From a virus: a DNA stretch of 64,000 bases. Under the pieces are notes generated by a model. It did not search any database. It saw only the letters and a list, made by a program, of their open reading frames with translations, and was not told where the DNA came from. Positions within the stretch are counted from its first letter, which is position 1; each line of letters begins with the position of its first letter. Positions 39,986 to 48,917 of the stretch are shown here, piece after piece. The translations under genes were made by a program, and so were the position numbers. Location: the IMG/VR virus record IMGVR_UViG_3300023179_006134, positions 22,037-86,036 of that record. One strand, 5' to 3'.

Positions 39986-40885
39986 TTATTCTGCCAGTTT
40001 TTGAAAATATGAGAGGGCATCATCTTCGTCTTCACTTGAGGAATCCAAAGAATTGAATGTTTCTTTGATTTCATCAGATTCAGAAGTATATGATCCACGA
40101 TCATTATCCTCGTCTTCAACTTCCTCATCCATACGACGATTTGTTGATTTCTGTCCCAATACCATTTTCAGACGTTTTTCAAGTTCTTCATAGGACTTGA
40201 ATTGATCTGGTGCGGTAACTGCTGTGAGAGAATACTCTTTCTTCCAGAGTGCTTCCAGAGCATCATCATCATCAAGAAGAGGTTCTACAGAACCAAACTC
40301 AGACTTATCATAATTCCAATAACCATCCTTCTTCACAATCTTCAGTTTGAAGTTTGCTCCCTGCCACAAATCAAAAGGGTTGATTGGTGATTCGTCCTCA
40401 AATTCTGGTTGCATTGCCTCCATAATCTTATCAAATATTTTCTTACCATATTTAAATAGAAATACTTTACCTTCGTTCTGAGGATTTGTGGGATCCTTTA
40501 CGACATATATGTTAGAATAATATGATAACTTACGTTTTTGCTTACGAACAGTTTCCTTATTTGATTCGGTTCCTGTATTCCATAGATCTCGGTTGTGTTC
40601 TCCAAGAGGATCTTTACCACCAATAGTCGTCAGTGAGTTTTCAATATACCATCCACCAGGTCCCTGAAATGCGTGTGAATACATTTTTGCCCAGGGAAGT
40701 TCTTCACCATCAGGGGCAGGTAGAAAACGAATCACCGCAAAACCATTACCAGTTTTATCAACTTCGGGTTTCCAGAGACGTTCATCAGCACCACCACCGG
40801 CAGAACTCATTTTTTCTACTTCTTTGACCAGTTTAGAAGTCAAAGAACCAAGTTTAGATTGCTTTTTTAGATTTTCAAATGACAT
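39986..40885 (-). CDS. gp32: Single-stranded DNA-binding protein gp32
   Basis: DERLWKP..DK.GNG.AVIRFLP, WYIENSLTT, GANFKLKI, acidic tail. Confidence 0.95.
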   Translation of the reverse strand: MSFENLKKQSKLGSLTSKLVKEVEKMSSAGGGADERLWKPEVDKTGNGFAVIRFLPAPDGEELPWAKMYSHAFQGPGGWYIENSLTTIGGKDPLGEHNRDLWNTGTESNKETVRKQKRKLSYYSNIYVVKDPTNPQNEGKVFLFKYGKKIFDKIMEAMQPEFEDESPINPFDLWQGANFKLKIVKKDGYWNYDKSEFGSVEPLLDDDDALEALWKKEYSLTAVTAPDQFKSYEELEKRLKMVLGQKSTNRRMDEEVEDEDNDRGSYTSESDEIKETFNSLDSSSEDEDDALSYFQKLAE

Positions 40886-40953
40886 TTGATTTTTCCTCGT
40901 ATTTGTGAGATTTGGCTTTTGTGACTTTGCTTAGGGATCATCCAGCCCAATAT

Positions 40954-40982
40954 ATTCTACAGGTCTGAACCAGTTCTGTCAA
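40954..40982 (-). promoter_or_regulatory. Sigma70-type promoter for gp32
   Basis: TTGACA-17nt-TAGAAT inside the end of the upstream ORF. Confidence 0.8.
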
Positions 40983-41301
40983 TCTGATCTTTCATTTTAT
41001 CAAGCATTTTTGCGAGATTTCCAAAAATCACATTCATATCTACACCAGAAGGAAGTCCCATTGCCGATGCGGATTCAGAAATCCGCGATTTCATTTCCTT
41101 TGCTTCTGGAGCATCAGATAAACTTAGACGAGTATAGATTGTTCTTTGCTTATCTAAAAGTTTTTCAAGAAGATTTACGTGAGATATTTTTTCATCACGA
41201 TTCATCAAATGAAACTTAAAGACATTATTATAAACACTTTGTTGAAGTTCTGCAATTTCTGCCATTTCAGAACGAACAATATCAGATTTAAAAAAATTCA
41301 T
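40957..41301 (-). CDS. DUF1825-like cyanobacterial/cyanophage protein
   Basis: FFKSDIV..E...LL.KQ...Y.RL.LSD.PEA. Confidence 0.7.
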   Translation of the reverse strand: MNFFKSDIVRSEMAEIAELQQSVYNNVFKFHLMNRDEKISHVNLLEKLLDKQRTIYTRLSLSDAPEAKEMKSRISESASAMGLPSGVDMNVIFGNLAKMLDKMKDQIDRTGSDL

Positions 41302-41918
41302 TTTCCTCCAAAAACAATATCTTTCAAAATTTTCTTATAATGAGATACATCTATATGTAGGAATGGAGAGTATTTTTTGATTCTCCGACTTACAGTTTCC
41401 CATACAGGATCTTTAAGTTTCTTATCAAAGTCATTCCCGTACAGGAATATTTTATCACAGATTACCATAGTTTCAAGGCTTAACTTCCCACTCAGAAACT
41501 TTTTGAGAAGAGGTGGATGCCCTTTGGAACACTCAAATACTTTTTTAAAATTATACTCGGCAAATAAACTCTCACATTCTTCTTTGAAGAGATAAGAAAG
41601 AGACTGAATTTTTCTTTGCCATTCATTATAATTCTGATCTCCCGTTTTTATAATCTCACCAATCCATAAGGATTCAGAGTCATTACAGGAAACAAAATTT
41701 GATATAAAAAAATCTTCAATTTCTTTATCTGTTCTTTGTCTGGATATCTTTTCAAACCAAAAACGATCACGTCTCTTATAGAACGACTCTAGTGATGCTC
41801 TGGTCTTTTTACAATATTTGTAATAATCATAAGAATCTTTTGTAAAATGATTTTTGAGTGCCAGATAGGTTTTATAGCAGTCAAAGGGAGTCATTTTCAA
41901 AAAAAGTAATAGAGGCAA
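41298..41918 (-). CDS. gp59: Helicase loader gp59 (likely start at MTPF)
   Basis: YLALKNHFT...YDY.KY....RAS..SFYKR.D..WF. Confidence 0.85.
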   Translation of the reverse strand: MPLLLFLKMTPFDCYKTYLALKNHFTKDSYDYYKYCKKTRASLESFYKRRDRFWFEKISRQRTDKEIEDFFISNFVSCNDSESLWIGEIIKTGDQNYNEWQRKIQSLSYLFKEECESLFAEYNFKKVFECSKGHPPLLKKFLSGKLSLETMVICDKIFLYGNDFDKKLKDPVWETVSRRIKKYSPFLHIDVSHYKKILKDIVFGGK

Positions 41919-41954
41919 TTTTTTCCTGGGAAATTTTTACCCCCCAAAATGGAA

Positions 41955-42239
41955 TTAAAAGACTAATTTGGCACGGGAGGTTTTTTTAAGAAAATTAAGT
42001 TCCGTTGCTTCATACCTAATCTTCTCTTTCAGTGGTTTTGATATAAGTTTAGGTATTGACTCAACATCGAGACTATTTTTTTCACAAAAGTATATAATTG
42101 CATCAATATAATTCATATCTTCGTGAGTCAGAACAAGATCTTCAATCTCTTGTGCGAACTTATTTGGACAATAAAATTTACTTTCAAGTATTTTTTCTAA
42201 TTCATTCTCCATTCTTTGCCCCAGTATTGTGATGTACAA
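41955..42239 (-). CDS. gp33: Late transcription coactivator gp33 (likely start at MENELE)
   Basis: YIDAI..FCE.N..D.ES..KLISKPLKEKI..EA..LNFL. Confidence 0.88.
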   Translation of the reverse strand: MYITILGQRMENELEKILESKFYCPNKFAQEIEDLVLTHEDMNYIDAIIYFCEKNSLDVESIPKLISKPLKEKIRYEATELNFLKKTSRAKLVF

Positions 42240-42885
42240 ATTCTTTGATGTAACGAACTAATAACTTAATATAATCCCCTTTGTTTCTTTTGTCAAATAC
42301 CTTCACTTCTCCGCCAGGAGTGACCATAATGGTAATCAACTTAACAGGAGCAATTTCAGTAAGTTCAAAGTATGCGGAGGCATAAAACATTTCCTGAACG
42401 AAATAGTTCTCAAGCCATTCTTCGGGTTTTATTTTTTCAGAAGTCTTAAAGTCTATAACTGCAAGTTCTCCATCATATTCTCCAATACAATCGACTCTTC
42501 CGGCAAGTCCAAGATATTCAGAGTAAAGAGTTCTTTCAATCGCATGAATATTATTTATCTTATCAAGTTCTGATTTGGCATGATAAAACATAAACTTTGA
42601 GAGAGGTTGATAATCGTCCCAGTTCAGTTCCTTATTTTCCAAATAGTCCTGACAGACCTGGTGAAAATCTGTGCCTCGTGCGGTTGCTCTTTTTGTGATA
42701 CGATTTGCTTCTTCAAGTCCAACACGTTCACGCCATTTCGCAAAGATTTGACGATTGTAAAAAGACGTTACAGAAGTAATCGAAGGCACCCACTGACCAT
42801 CAGGAAGATGATACAGACGAATACCATTTGTTTCTTTCTTTTCGAGTTCAAGATCACCTAAAAAATTATGATGAATAAATGTCAT
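42202..42885 (-). CDS. PD-(D/E)XK exonuclease (Cas4/RecB-like)
   Basis: PSITSV, RGT.FH, AGRVDCI, IDFKTS, Q...YA. Confidence 0.88.
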   Translation of the reverse strand: MTFIHHNFLGDLELEKKETNGIRLYHLPDGQWVPSITSVTSFYNRQIFAKWRERVGLEEANRITKRATARGTDFHQVCQDYLENKELNWDDYQPLSKFMFYHAKSELDKINNIHAIERTLYSEYLGLAGRVDCIGEYDGELAVIDFKTSEKIKPEEWLENYFVQEMFYASAYFELTEIAPVKLITIMVTPGGEVKVFDKRNKGDYIKLLVRYIKEFVHHNTGAKNGE

Positions 42886-43643
42886 AAATTAAGTTCCATT
42901 TTCGCAATAAGATATTCTTTAATTAATCCAGACCTTATGACATCATCAACACCAAACTCAACAATTCCAAATGATGGCATCGCACGAATAATTTTCATAA
43001 AATCAATCACACCATTTTTTTCATTTAATCTTACCAAATCACTTTGAGATGCGTCACCGCAGAAAAGAATTTTAGTATTTTCACCAACACGAGTAATTAT
43101 ACTATCAAGTTCGTGAAAATTCAAGTTTTCCAATTCATCAACAATAATAATACAATTATCAAGTGTTGTTCCACGAATAAATGAAGTACTCCAAAAACTA
43201 ATTGTTTCTTGAGATTTTAAATTGCCATAGAGCATTTCAAAATCAGCATCAGATGGCATCTGAAACATATACTTTACCATATTTTTGTATGGTATTTGAT
43301 ATAGTGATGATTTGTCTTCGTGACTTCCAGGAAGAAATCCAATTTCACGAGTAGGTACAAGAGACCTTACAATATAAATTTTTTCATATGGTGTATATTC
43401 ATTTAGAACATCTTGAAGTGCCTTATAGAGGCATAAAAAAGTTTTTCCTGAACCAGCAACACCATGAGCAACTAAATGTTTTCCTTCATCATACAAAGCA
43501 AATAAATTTCTTTGATTTTCTGTAAGTGGTTCAATATTTAAAAGTAATTCTGAATTGATTGGTTTTTTTCTTTTTACTTGCTTGGTAGTGAGACCAGCAC
43601 CGATGGGTTGGTAATCGTTGTTGCTTCTTCTCTTTCTTGTCAT
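42882..43643 (-). CDS. phoH: PhoH family ATPase
   Basis: GVAGSGKT, IGFLPG, FIRGTT, IVDE, GD..QSDL. Confidence 0.93.
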   Translation of the reverse strand: MTRKRRSNNDYQPIGAGLTTKQVKRKKPINSELLLNIEPLTENQRNLFALYDEGKHLVAHGVAGSGKTFLCLYKALQDVLNEYTPYEKIYIVRSLVPTREIGFLPGSHEDKSSLYQIPYKNMVKYMFQMPSDADFEMLYGNLKSQETISFWSTSFIRGTTLDNCIIIVDELENLNFHELDSIITRVGENTKILFCGDASQSDLVRLNEKNGVIDFMKIIRAMPSFGIVEFGVDDVIRSGLIKEYLIAKMELNL

Positions 43644-43649
43644 TCTTTT

Positions 43650-43892
43650 TTAGATTGGTTTTACTTTAGATCCAGGAGCCTTTGATGCACGATCCAAAAC
43701 TTCGTTCCATCCAGGTTTTTTCTTCACAAGTGTATCCATCCATTCACCAAGTTCTACACCAGAAGCACATCCTTCTGACCAATCTCTTTGCCACTCTGGA
43801 TGATTTTTATACCATTCAGTGATATCATGAACACTCATTTCAATCACCTGTTTTTCACCAGTCTCTTTATTTACAATTGGATAAGTTGCCAT
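43650..43892 (-). CDS. Conserved hypothetical phage protein
   Basis: MATYP..NKETGE...GWNEVL....KAPGS; lies between thyX and phoH. Confidence 0.65.
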   Translation of the reverse strand: MATYPIVNKETGEKQVIEMSVHDITEWYKNHPEWQRDWSEGCASGVELGEWMDTLVKKKPGWNEVLDRASKAPGSKVKPI

Positions 43893-43918
43893 TTGTTACA
43901 AATAATATACAAAGGTAT

Positions 43919-44596
43919 TTAGAATAATAACGAAGGTGGTTCAAAACAAACCCAATCAAGTGCTGATGCAATAGTTGGAAATTCATCCACAAAAATACAC
44001 TTACATCGTTCTGCGATTTCCTTATGCTCTGCCTGAGTTCCGTGAGCACTACGAAGGTCGATGTAATGTATCCAAGACCTTATACTGCCACTCATATAAA
44101 GACGTGTCTGTGTTGCCTGTGGAAGCACAAAACGGGCACATTCCTTTGCGACACCCTGAGCAAGAAGAAGATTGTAAATATTCAAACTCTCTTCAAAATG
44201 CTTTTTGATCATCAAACTCATAGTTTCTTTTAGATCACTTCCAAGATCATCTGTACTATTTTGTCTATTTTTTGTATCTTGTCTCCGCAGATCAGGTACA
44301 GGAATTTCAAGTTGAAGTTCTGTACTGTCTGCATACCTCTGACTAAACTGCTGAAAAGTAAAACTCCGATGACGGAGGATTTGCGTAGCAATCGCAAGCG
44401 AGGTATTAATCTCAACTGTAAGAAAAGCATGTTCAAAAATGCTCCAATGTTGATTCTTAATACAATACTTTATCAGACCCTCAAAACCCTGATTGCTTTG
44501 ATTTTTTGGATTACTGACACGAGCACAATAAGCAATATGTCTTTCTGCATTTGGGGTTACAGAAATTAATTTAACAGATTCAGTCATGAAAACCAA
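43919..44596 (-). CDS. thyX: Flavin-dependent thymidylate synthase
   Basis: HWSIFEH, QILRHRSF.FQ.FSQRY signature, E.ARFVLP. Confidence 0.95.
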   Translation of the reverse strand: MVFMTESVKLISVTPNAERHIAYCARVSNPKNQSNQGFEGLIKYCIKNQHWSIFEHAFLTVEINTSLAIATQILRHRSFTFQQFSQRYADSTELQLEIPVPDLRRQDTKNRQNSTDDLGSDLKETMSLMIKKHFEESLNIYNLLLAQGVAKECARFVLPQATQTRLYMSGSIRSWIHYIDLRSAHGTQAEHKEIAERCKCIFVDEFPTIASALDWVCFEPPSLLF

Positions 44597-44859
44597 CTTC
44601 CTCTTAATGTTTTATAAGATTCACATAACGATTTAGTCAATTTTTTGATTTGGGTGTATGCGTCTTCTGTGGTGATTTTTCCACTACTAGCAAGTGAAGA
44701 AATATAACCAACGTGAGTCGCATAAACACTCAAATTGTTTTGTGCCGCAATGTCCAGAAAATCTCCATCTCCCGTAGGAACAGCAAATAGAAATTTTTCA
44801 AGATCTTTATTCATTTCGTTTTTAGTCGTCGTCATCTTCGAATACCTCATCGTAATCAT
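44584..44859 (-). CDS. Hypothetical protein resembling small cyanobacterial proteins
   Basis: NL...A..V.YI..L...GKI..E.AY.QIK.L pattern. Confidence 0.55.
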   Translation of the reverse strand: MITMRYSKMTTTKNEMNKDLEKFLFAVPTGDGDFLDIAAQNNLSVYATHVGYISSLASSGKITTEDAYTQIKKLTKSLCESYKTLRGSWFS

Positions 44860-44989
44860 CTATGTCTCCAATACGTGGAGCAACCGTTTCATATGCATAA
44901 GACTCTGGACTTGAATATACTTCTGCCTTTAATGAATCAACCAGAAGTTCCATATTTTTAATAATGATTTTAATTTTATCTTGATTCAT
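44822..44989 (-). CDS. Small acidic hypothetical protein (55 aa)
   Basis: Hand translation MNQDKLKIIIKNMELLVDSLKAEVYS...DYDEVFEDDDD; directly behind a consensus promoter. Confidence 0.7.
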   Translation of the reverse strand: MNQDKIKIIIKNMELLVDSLKAEVYSSPESYAYETVAPRIGDIDDYDEVFEDDDD

Positions 44990-45012
44990 AGTTTTTCATC
45001 TATAGCAAAGAT

Positions 45013-45041
45013 ATTATAGAAGAAAACATAAGAAATGTCAA
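45013..45041 (-). promoter_or_regulatory. Sigma70-type early promoter
   Basis: TTGACA-17nt-TATAAT. Confidence 0.88.
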
Positions 45042-45043
45042 GT

Positions 45044-45757
45044 TCAATATTTAATGATTTCAAAGACACCATCTTTTTCTACAAGTGCAGAGCAAGTATC
45101 TGTCCAATCTCCGGCACACATATAAATCGTTCCCTGATACTCACGAATATTTGCATGATGAATATGTCCGGCAATCACACCATCATATTCTCCAATTCTT
45201 CTTACGTGATGTATCAAATCCATTTCATACTTATCAATAAACTTTTTACCTCTTGGAATTGATTTGAGAAAATTAATCAAAGAAAAACCAAAAGTCTTGT
45301 TTAGAAAAATATTCAGAGGTGTGATTGTTTCATATCCCCAGTTCATAAAATATTGCTTCCAGGAACCAGATGAGAACTCGGAATAAAAATCACCGTGAAT
45401 GCATAAAAACTTTCTATTTTTTGTGCTGTGATGAATATAAGAATCACAGATGATAAGATTTTGATGTAGATAAAAAGAACCAGTGTTTACATATTTTCTT
45501 GCGACTGCATCGTGATTACCGAGAATATAAACAACCTCTGTTCCTTTTCTAGACAATTCTAAAATTTTTTCAACTGCCTTTGTATGTTGAGTTTTCCACA
45601 GAGTATTATGTTTTTCCATACAATATATGTCTATAATATCTCCGACCATTACAAGTTTTTTTGTATCAAGTTGATTTAGAAACTTGAGAAACTTATCAGC
45701 ATTACATCGGTCGGTTCCGAGATGAACATCTGAGATAAAGACTGTATCGTGAGTCAT
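45044..45757 (-). CDS. Metallophosphoesterase, LpxH/YbbF-like
   Basis: SDVHLG, GDIID, GNHD, HGD, GHIH, GDW motifs. Confidence 0.82.
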   Translation of the reverse strand: MTHDTVFISDVHLGTDRCNADKFLKFLNQLDTKKLVMVGDIIDIYCMEKHNTLWKTQHTKAVEKILELSRKGTEVVYILGNHDAVARKYVNTGSFYLHQNLIICDSYIHHSTKNRKFLCIHGDFYSEFSSGSWKQYFMNWGYETITPLNIFLNKTFGFSLINFLKSIPRGKKFIDKYEMDLIHHVRRIGEYDGVIAGHIHHANIREYQGTIYMCAGDWTDTCSALVEKDGVFEIIKY

Positions 45758-46080
45758 CGTTCTATGTAAGAAAGTGTGTGGTTCGTTGGGTTAAGTTGTT
45801 GAACAATCATATCACAACCCAATTTTGGATTTGAATCACCACATGTATAGCAATCTGCTGCTGCCTTTCCTTCTTCTGGCCAGGTATGAATACTAATATG
45901 ACTTTCTGAAAGTAGGCATATTACAGTTGCTCCTTGCGGATCAAATTTTTTAAAAACTGTTTGAAGAACTTTTGCACCACTTATAACTGCTGCTTCTTCG
46001 AGTAACCTTACAAGATAATGCTCGTCATTCAAAAGAACAAACGAGCATCCATACAGATTAAGTAAGTAGTGCTTTCCCAT
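45754..46080 (-). CDS. speD: S-adenosylmethionine decarboxylase proenzyme
   Basis: F.PQG.T...LLSESHISIHTWPE...D.YTCG. Confidence 0.92.
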   Translation of the reverse strand: MGKHYLLNLYGCSFVLLNDEHYLVRLLEEAAVISGAKVLQTVFKKFDPQGATVICLLSESHISIHTWPEEGKAAADCYTCGDSNPKLGCDMIVQQLNPTNHTLSYIER

Positions 46081-46271
46081 TAATCTACCGGATCTTCTTG
46101 TGCTTCTTTAATCAATGAACTCACATATGCCTCAGTTCCGTCCATTGTTTTCACAGCAAAAAGAGGAGACTTCATATATTGCTTGACTTTTTTATATTTT
46201 TTCAAGAGTTTTGATACTTCATCATCATCAATAATCACTTTTGCATTATTATTTTGAAATCCCGTAGTCAT
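46080..46271 (-). CDS. Hypothetical protein
   Basis: Coupled ORF in operon. Confidence 0.6.
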   Translation of the reverse strand: MTTGFQNNNAKVIIDDDEVSKLLKKYKKVKQYMKSPLFAVKTMDGTEAYVSSLIKEAQEDPVD

Positions 46272-46636
46272 CTTTTTTTCTTTTTCTCTGGTGTTTTATA
46301 TCCCCACGACCTGGGACTTATTGTTCCATATCCATATTTAATCTTTTGAAGTGCTCCTGGACCGTATTTGTCATAATACATATCAAAAATATTTACCTGT
46401 TTACTTGCACGGCAGAGATCAAGATATTCTTTACCTTCGTATACATACCAAACCAAATATGCATCAAGAGGAAATGTTTTATCTTTTGTATCTTCTAATT
46501 TTGTTTTTTCGAGTAATATATCACACCCATACTGAGAAGGTAGAATTTCGGATTGTTTTGAATCTGATTCCATTTTGCCCTTCTTAATAGTATTTTTGTT
46601 CACAATACCTTGACTCATCAAGAACGTCCTCCCCAT
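46268..46636 (-). CDS. Hypothetical cyanophage protein (true start probably further downstream)
   Basis: Coupled ORF; FDMYYDKYG motif. Confidence 0.6.
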   Translation of the reverse strand: MGRTFLMSQGIVNKNTIKKGKMESDSKQSEILPSQYGCDILLEKTKLEDTKDKTFPLDAYLVWYVYEGKEYLDLCRASKQVNIFDMYYDKYGPGALQKIKYGYGTISPRSWGYKTPEKKKKR

Positions 46637-47205
46637 ACAATATCAGGATATGCCTCTTTTACATTTTCGAGACTAATCTTATACTTTGTCTGAAGTTTTT
46701 TATCCTTTACAAGACATAGAACTTCAGATTCTTTGGAGTGTAAACCTTGGAGCATATTGATAAACATCATCTCTCTACGAGTTGTAGAAAGATTGTGATT
46801 ACCACCCTTTACAAAATGATAAAGATTTTGATATTCTCTTCTTAATGAAGTTCTTCCTTTTCCCTCAAGATCCTGCATTGTGGCAGACTCACCACCATTT
46901 GCCTCACGAATCAAGTTATCAGAAAGATTACCGGAATAAACATTCTGATCCTTCACATCACCATAAGGAACTTCTCCTTCGGGAAGAAGAGATATTACGC
47001 TTTCATCAAAGTTCCAAATCAAAATGGTCTTTAATGAATCGTGTTCATAGGTCTTGAGAACCTCAACTTTCTTTGCGTTTGACCTTTGTTTAGATGCTAA
47101 ATCTAAAATCTCAAAGATAAATGGATTGGGAGGAAGAGTTTCAATTGGTTTTTCACTCGTCGTCTTCTTCGTCGTCATCATCGTACTCGTCATAATTGTT
47201 TTCAA
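46618..47205 (-). CDS. Conserved T4-like hypothetical protein
   Basis: LLPEG.VPY...LRRE...LYHFVKGG...RRE.MFI.ML.GLH..E...L...KDKKL. Confidence 0.7.
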   Translation of the reverse strand: MKTIMTSTMMTTKKTTSEKPIETLPPNPFIFEILDLASKQRSNAKKVEVLKTYEHDSLKTILIWNFDESVISLLPEGEVPYGDVKDQNVYSGNLSDNLIREANGGESATMQDLEGKGRTSLRREYQNLYHFVKGGNHNLSTTRREMMFINMLQGLHSKESEVLCLVKDKKLQTKYKISLENVKEAYPDIVWGGRS

Positions 47206-47386
47206 ATCTTACAGATACTACTTCATCGGGAATTATTTGTCCATTTTCATCAAAAAACTCTGGGTGTAAATATGGAGTTCTTGTTTCGAGAGCATGTCTA
47301 TATGCTAACCATCCTATAACTCCACCAACCATAAAAAATAACAAAGTGAGCATTGAAAAAAATGCGGTTACATATGCTGGTTCCAT
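47153..47386 (-). CDS. Small membrane protein
   Basis: N-terminal transmembrane helix, HPEFFDENG, acidic tail. Confidence 0.65.
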   Translation of the reverse strand: MEPAYVTAFFSMLTLLFFMVGGVIGWLAYRHALETRTPYLHPEFFDENGQIIPDEVVSVRFENNYDEYDDDDEEDDE

Positions 47387-47404
47387 TTTCCTTCTCCAGA
47401 GAGT

Positions 47405-47602
47405 TTATTTTTTTCTTATATCAAAGTGAAATTCAATAAAGAAATCAAACTCTCTCTGAAAGAGTATAATCATTTTTCCAAACTTCACTTGAAAAGTTTT
47501 TGGTGCTAATGATTCTCTCCTCCTATTTCGAAGTAAAAGTTCAACACCCCGATTGATTTGGAGTTCATTTTTATTTATATCTACATCATCATGATCCATC
47601 AA
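47405..47602 (-). CDS. Hypothetical protein
   Basis: Coupled ORF. Confidence 0.55.
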   Translation of the reverse strand: MMDHDDVDINKNELQINRGVELLLRNRRRESLAPKTFQVKFGKMIILFQREFDFFIEFHFDIRKK

Positions 47603-47835
47603 ATCAGTTTTTGTTCTCTTAGATATTGAATGGTATCAGAACACCCTCCAAGATGTTGTTCATCACAAATCACTTGAGGAAAAGTTGAACCCTCTCCAAA
47701 CTCTGCATAAAATTGAGTTTTATCAAAGTCTCTTCCAAGATTATAAACAACATATTTGAGTTCAGAAAGTTGAAATACTTGTTGAATTTTAGTGCAATAT
47801 GGACAACCATCCTTTGAATAAATTGTGAAAGTCAT
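47599..47835 (-). CDS. nrdC: Glutaredoxin
   Basis: CPYC, TFPQV, GGC.D motifs. Confidence 0.92.
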   Translation of the reverse strand: MTFTIYSKDGCPYCTKIQQVFQLSELKYVVYNLGRDFDKTQFYAEFGEGSTFPQVICDEQHLGGCSDTIQYLREQKLI

Positions 47836-47924
47836 AAGATAAGTAAAATTGGTATAATAATTGATAGATGTGCAATGATGAAACCTCCAAAAAATGATTG
47901 GAGATCAATACTTTTAGATTTCAT
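47832..47924 (-). CDS. 30-aa hydrophobic micro-protein
   Basis: MKSKSIDLQSFFGGFIIAHLSIIIPILLIL; TAATG overlap at the start and ATGA overlap at the end. Confidence 0.55.
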   Translation of the reverse strand: MKSKSIDLQSFFGGFIIAHLSIIIPILLIL

Positions 47925-48307
47925 TAAGTTGCATTATTTCTTCGGGATCCATACGTATATAGATTTGAGTTTGTTTTAGGTTTCATCCAATTGATTATAA
48001 CATCATATTTTTCTTCTGTAAAGAAATCCTGATTATAATACCACTCCTCCCAGTCGGTATGAGATTTTGAGTTATTACAAAACCTACAACAGCACACTAC
48101 ATTTGTGAGAAAATCACTCCCACCTTTACACTGTGGAATAATATGATCGATTGTAAGATTTTCTGTGTTTCCGCAGTATGCACATTTATGATTCCATTTA
48201 TCTTTGATTGATTGTCTCCACATTCGTTTTGCGTCTGCCGATGAAGTTGTTTGTAAATGAAACAAATAATCTTCGGAAGAATTGTAGAGGTGCATACAAA
48301 GAAGCAT
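47924..48307 (-). CDS. HNH endonuclease
   Basis: CAYCG...LTIDHIIP..KGG....N.V..C..CN..K. Confidence 0.9.
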   Translation of the reverse strand: MLLCMHLYNSSEDYLFHLQTTSSADAKRMWRQSIKDKWNHKCAYCGNTENLTIDHIIPQCKGGSDFLTNVVCCCRFCNNSKSHTDWEEWYYNQDFFTEEKYDVIINWMKPKTNSNLYTYGSRRNNAT

Positions 48308-48324
48308 CTACGAGTATTTATGAT

Positions 48325-48351
48325 AAAAAAAGACCCCCCCGAAGGAGGTCT
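48325..48351 (-). terminator. Intrinsic terminator with cUUCGg loop
   Basis: Minus strand agacctcc-ttcg-ggggggtct-tttttt. Confidence 0.85.
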
Positions 48352-48361
48352 CTGTATTATT

Positions 48362-48412
48362 TTATTTTACTTCCTTCACAAACTTAACACCACGATATAC
48401 TGCTTGTGACAT
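48362..48412 (-). CDS. 16-aa YRG-motif micropeptide (DUF4278-like)
   Basis: MSQAVYRGVKFVKEVK; isolated, with a terminator directly after it. Confidence 0.6.
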   Translation of the reverse strand: MSQAVYRGVKFVKEVK

Positions 48413-48504
48413 TAGATTACTTATTGAATACAATGATATGTAGTCAAATATTTTTGTAACTCTTGATATAAATTTGTATCAACCTTTCGTTTTCAATTTG
48501 AGTA

Positions 48505-48870
48505 TCAAAAAGCAGTTCTCACAGCATCTAGCAATTCATTTACTGATACTATACTGTAACCAGAAACAGCAGTGATTGCCTGATTTGTAGCAGGCACACA
48601 CCACACAACAACTTTCATATTTCCAACAGTTGCCCATTGAGTATTGCTATCTTCTCTAGACATATCCTTCGCAGCAAGCTCAAAGAATTTTGCTCGTGCT
48701 CTTGAACGACAAAGAATTGGAGATGACACATTATCATAAGCCAGTGCCATTGATGGAGGAATTGTAGTATAAGGGTATGAACCAGACAAAACTTTAGGTG
48801 GTTCAGATGCAAAAGCAGGTGCAACAGACATAGTGACTGCGGCAGCTGCTGTAAGAATATATTTAATCAT
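48505..48870 (-). CDS. Secreted/periplasmic hypothetical protein
   Basis: Signal peptide ending AFA; own sigma70 promoter. Confidence 0.6.
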   Translation of the reverse strand: MIKYILTAAAAVTMSVAPAFASEPPKVLSGSYPYTTIPPSMALAYDNVSSPILCRSRARAKFFELAAKDMSREDSNTQWATVGNMKVVVWCVPATNQAITAVSGYSIVSVNELLDAVRTAF

Positions 48871-48889
48871 TTTTTTAGTAATCGATTAT

Positions 48890-48915
48890 AAAAAAAGAGA
48901 CCCGTTAAGGTCTCT
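48890..48915 (-). terminator. psbA terminator
   Basis: Minus strand agagacc-ttaacg-ggtctct-tttttt. Confidence 0.8.
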
Positions 48916-48917
48916 AT

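Noticed and set aside
42202-42885. Cas4-like nuclease as evidence of a CRISPR system
   Set aside because: It is the usual T4-like cyanophage exonuclease beside phoH and gp33; no repeat-spacer array or other cas genes are present.
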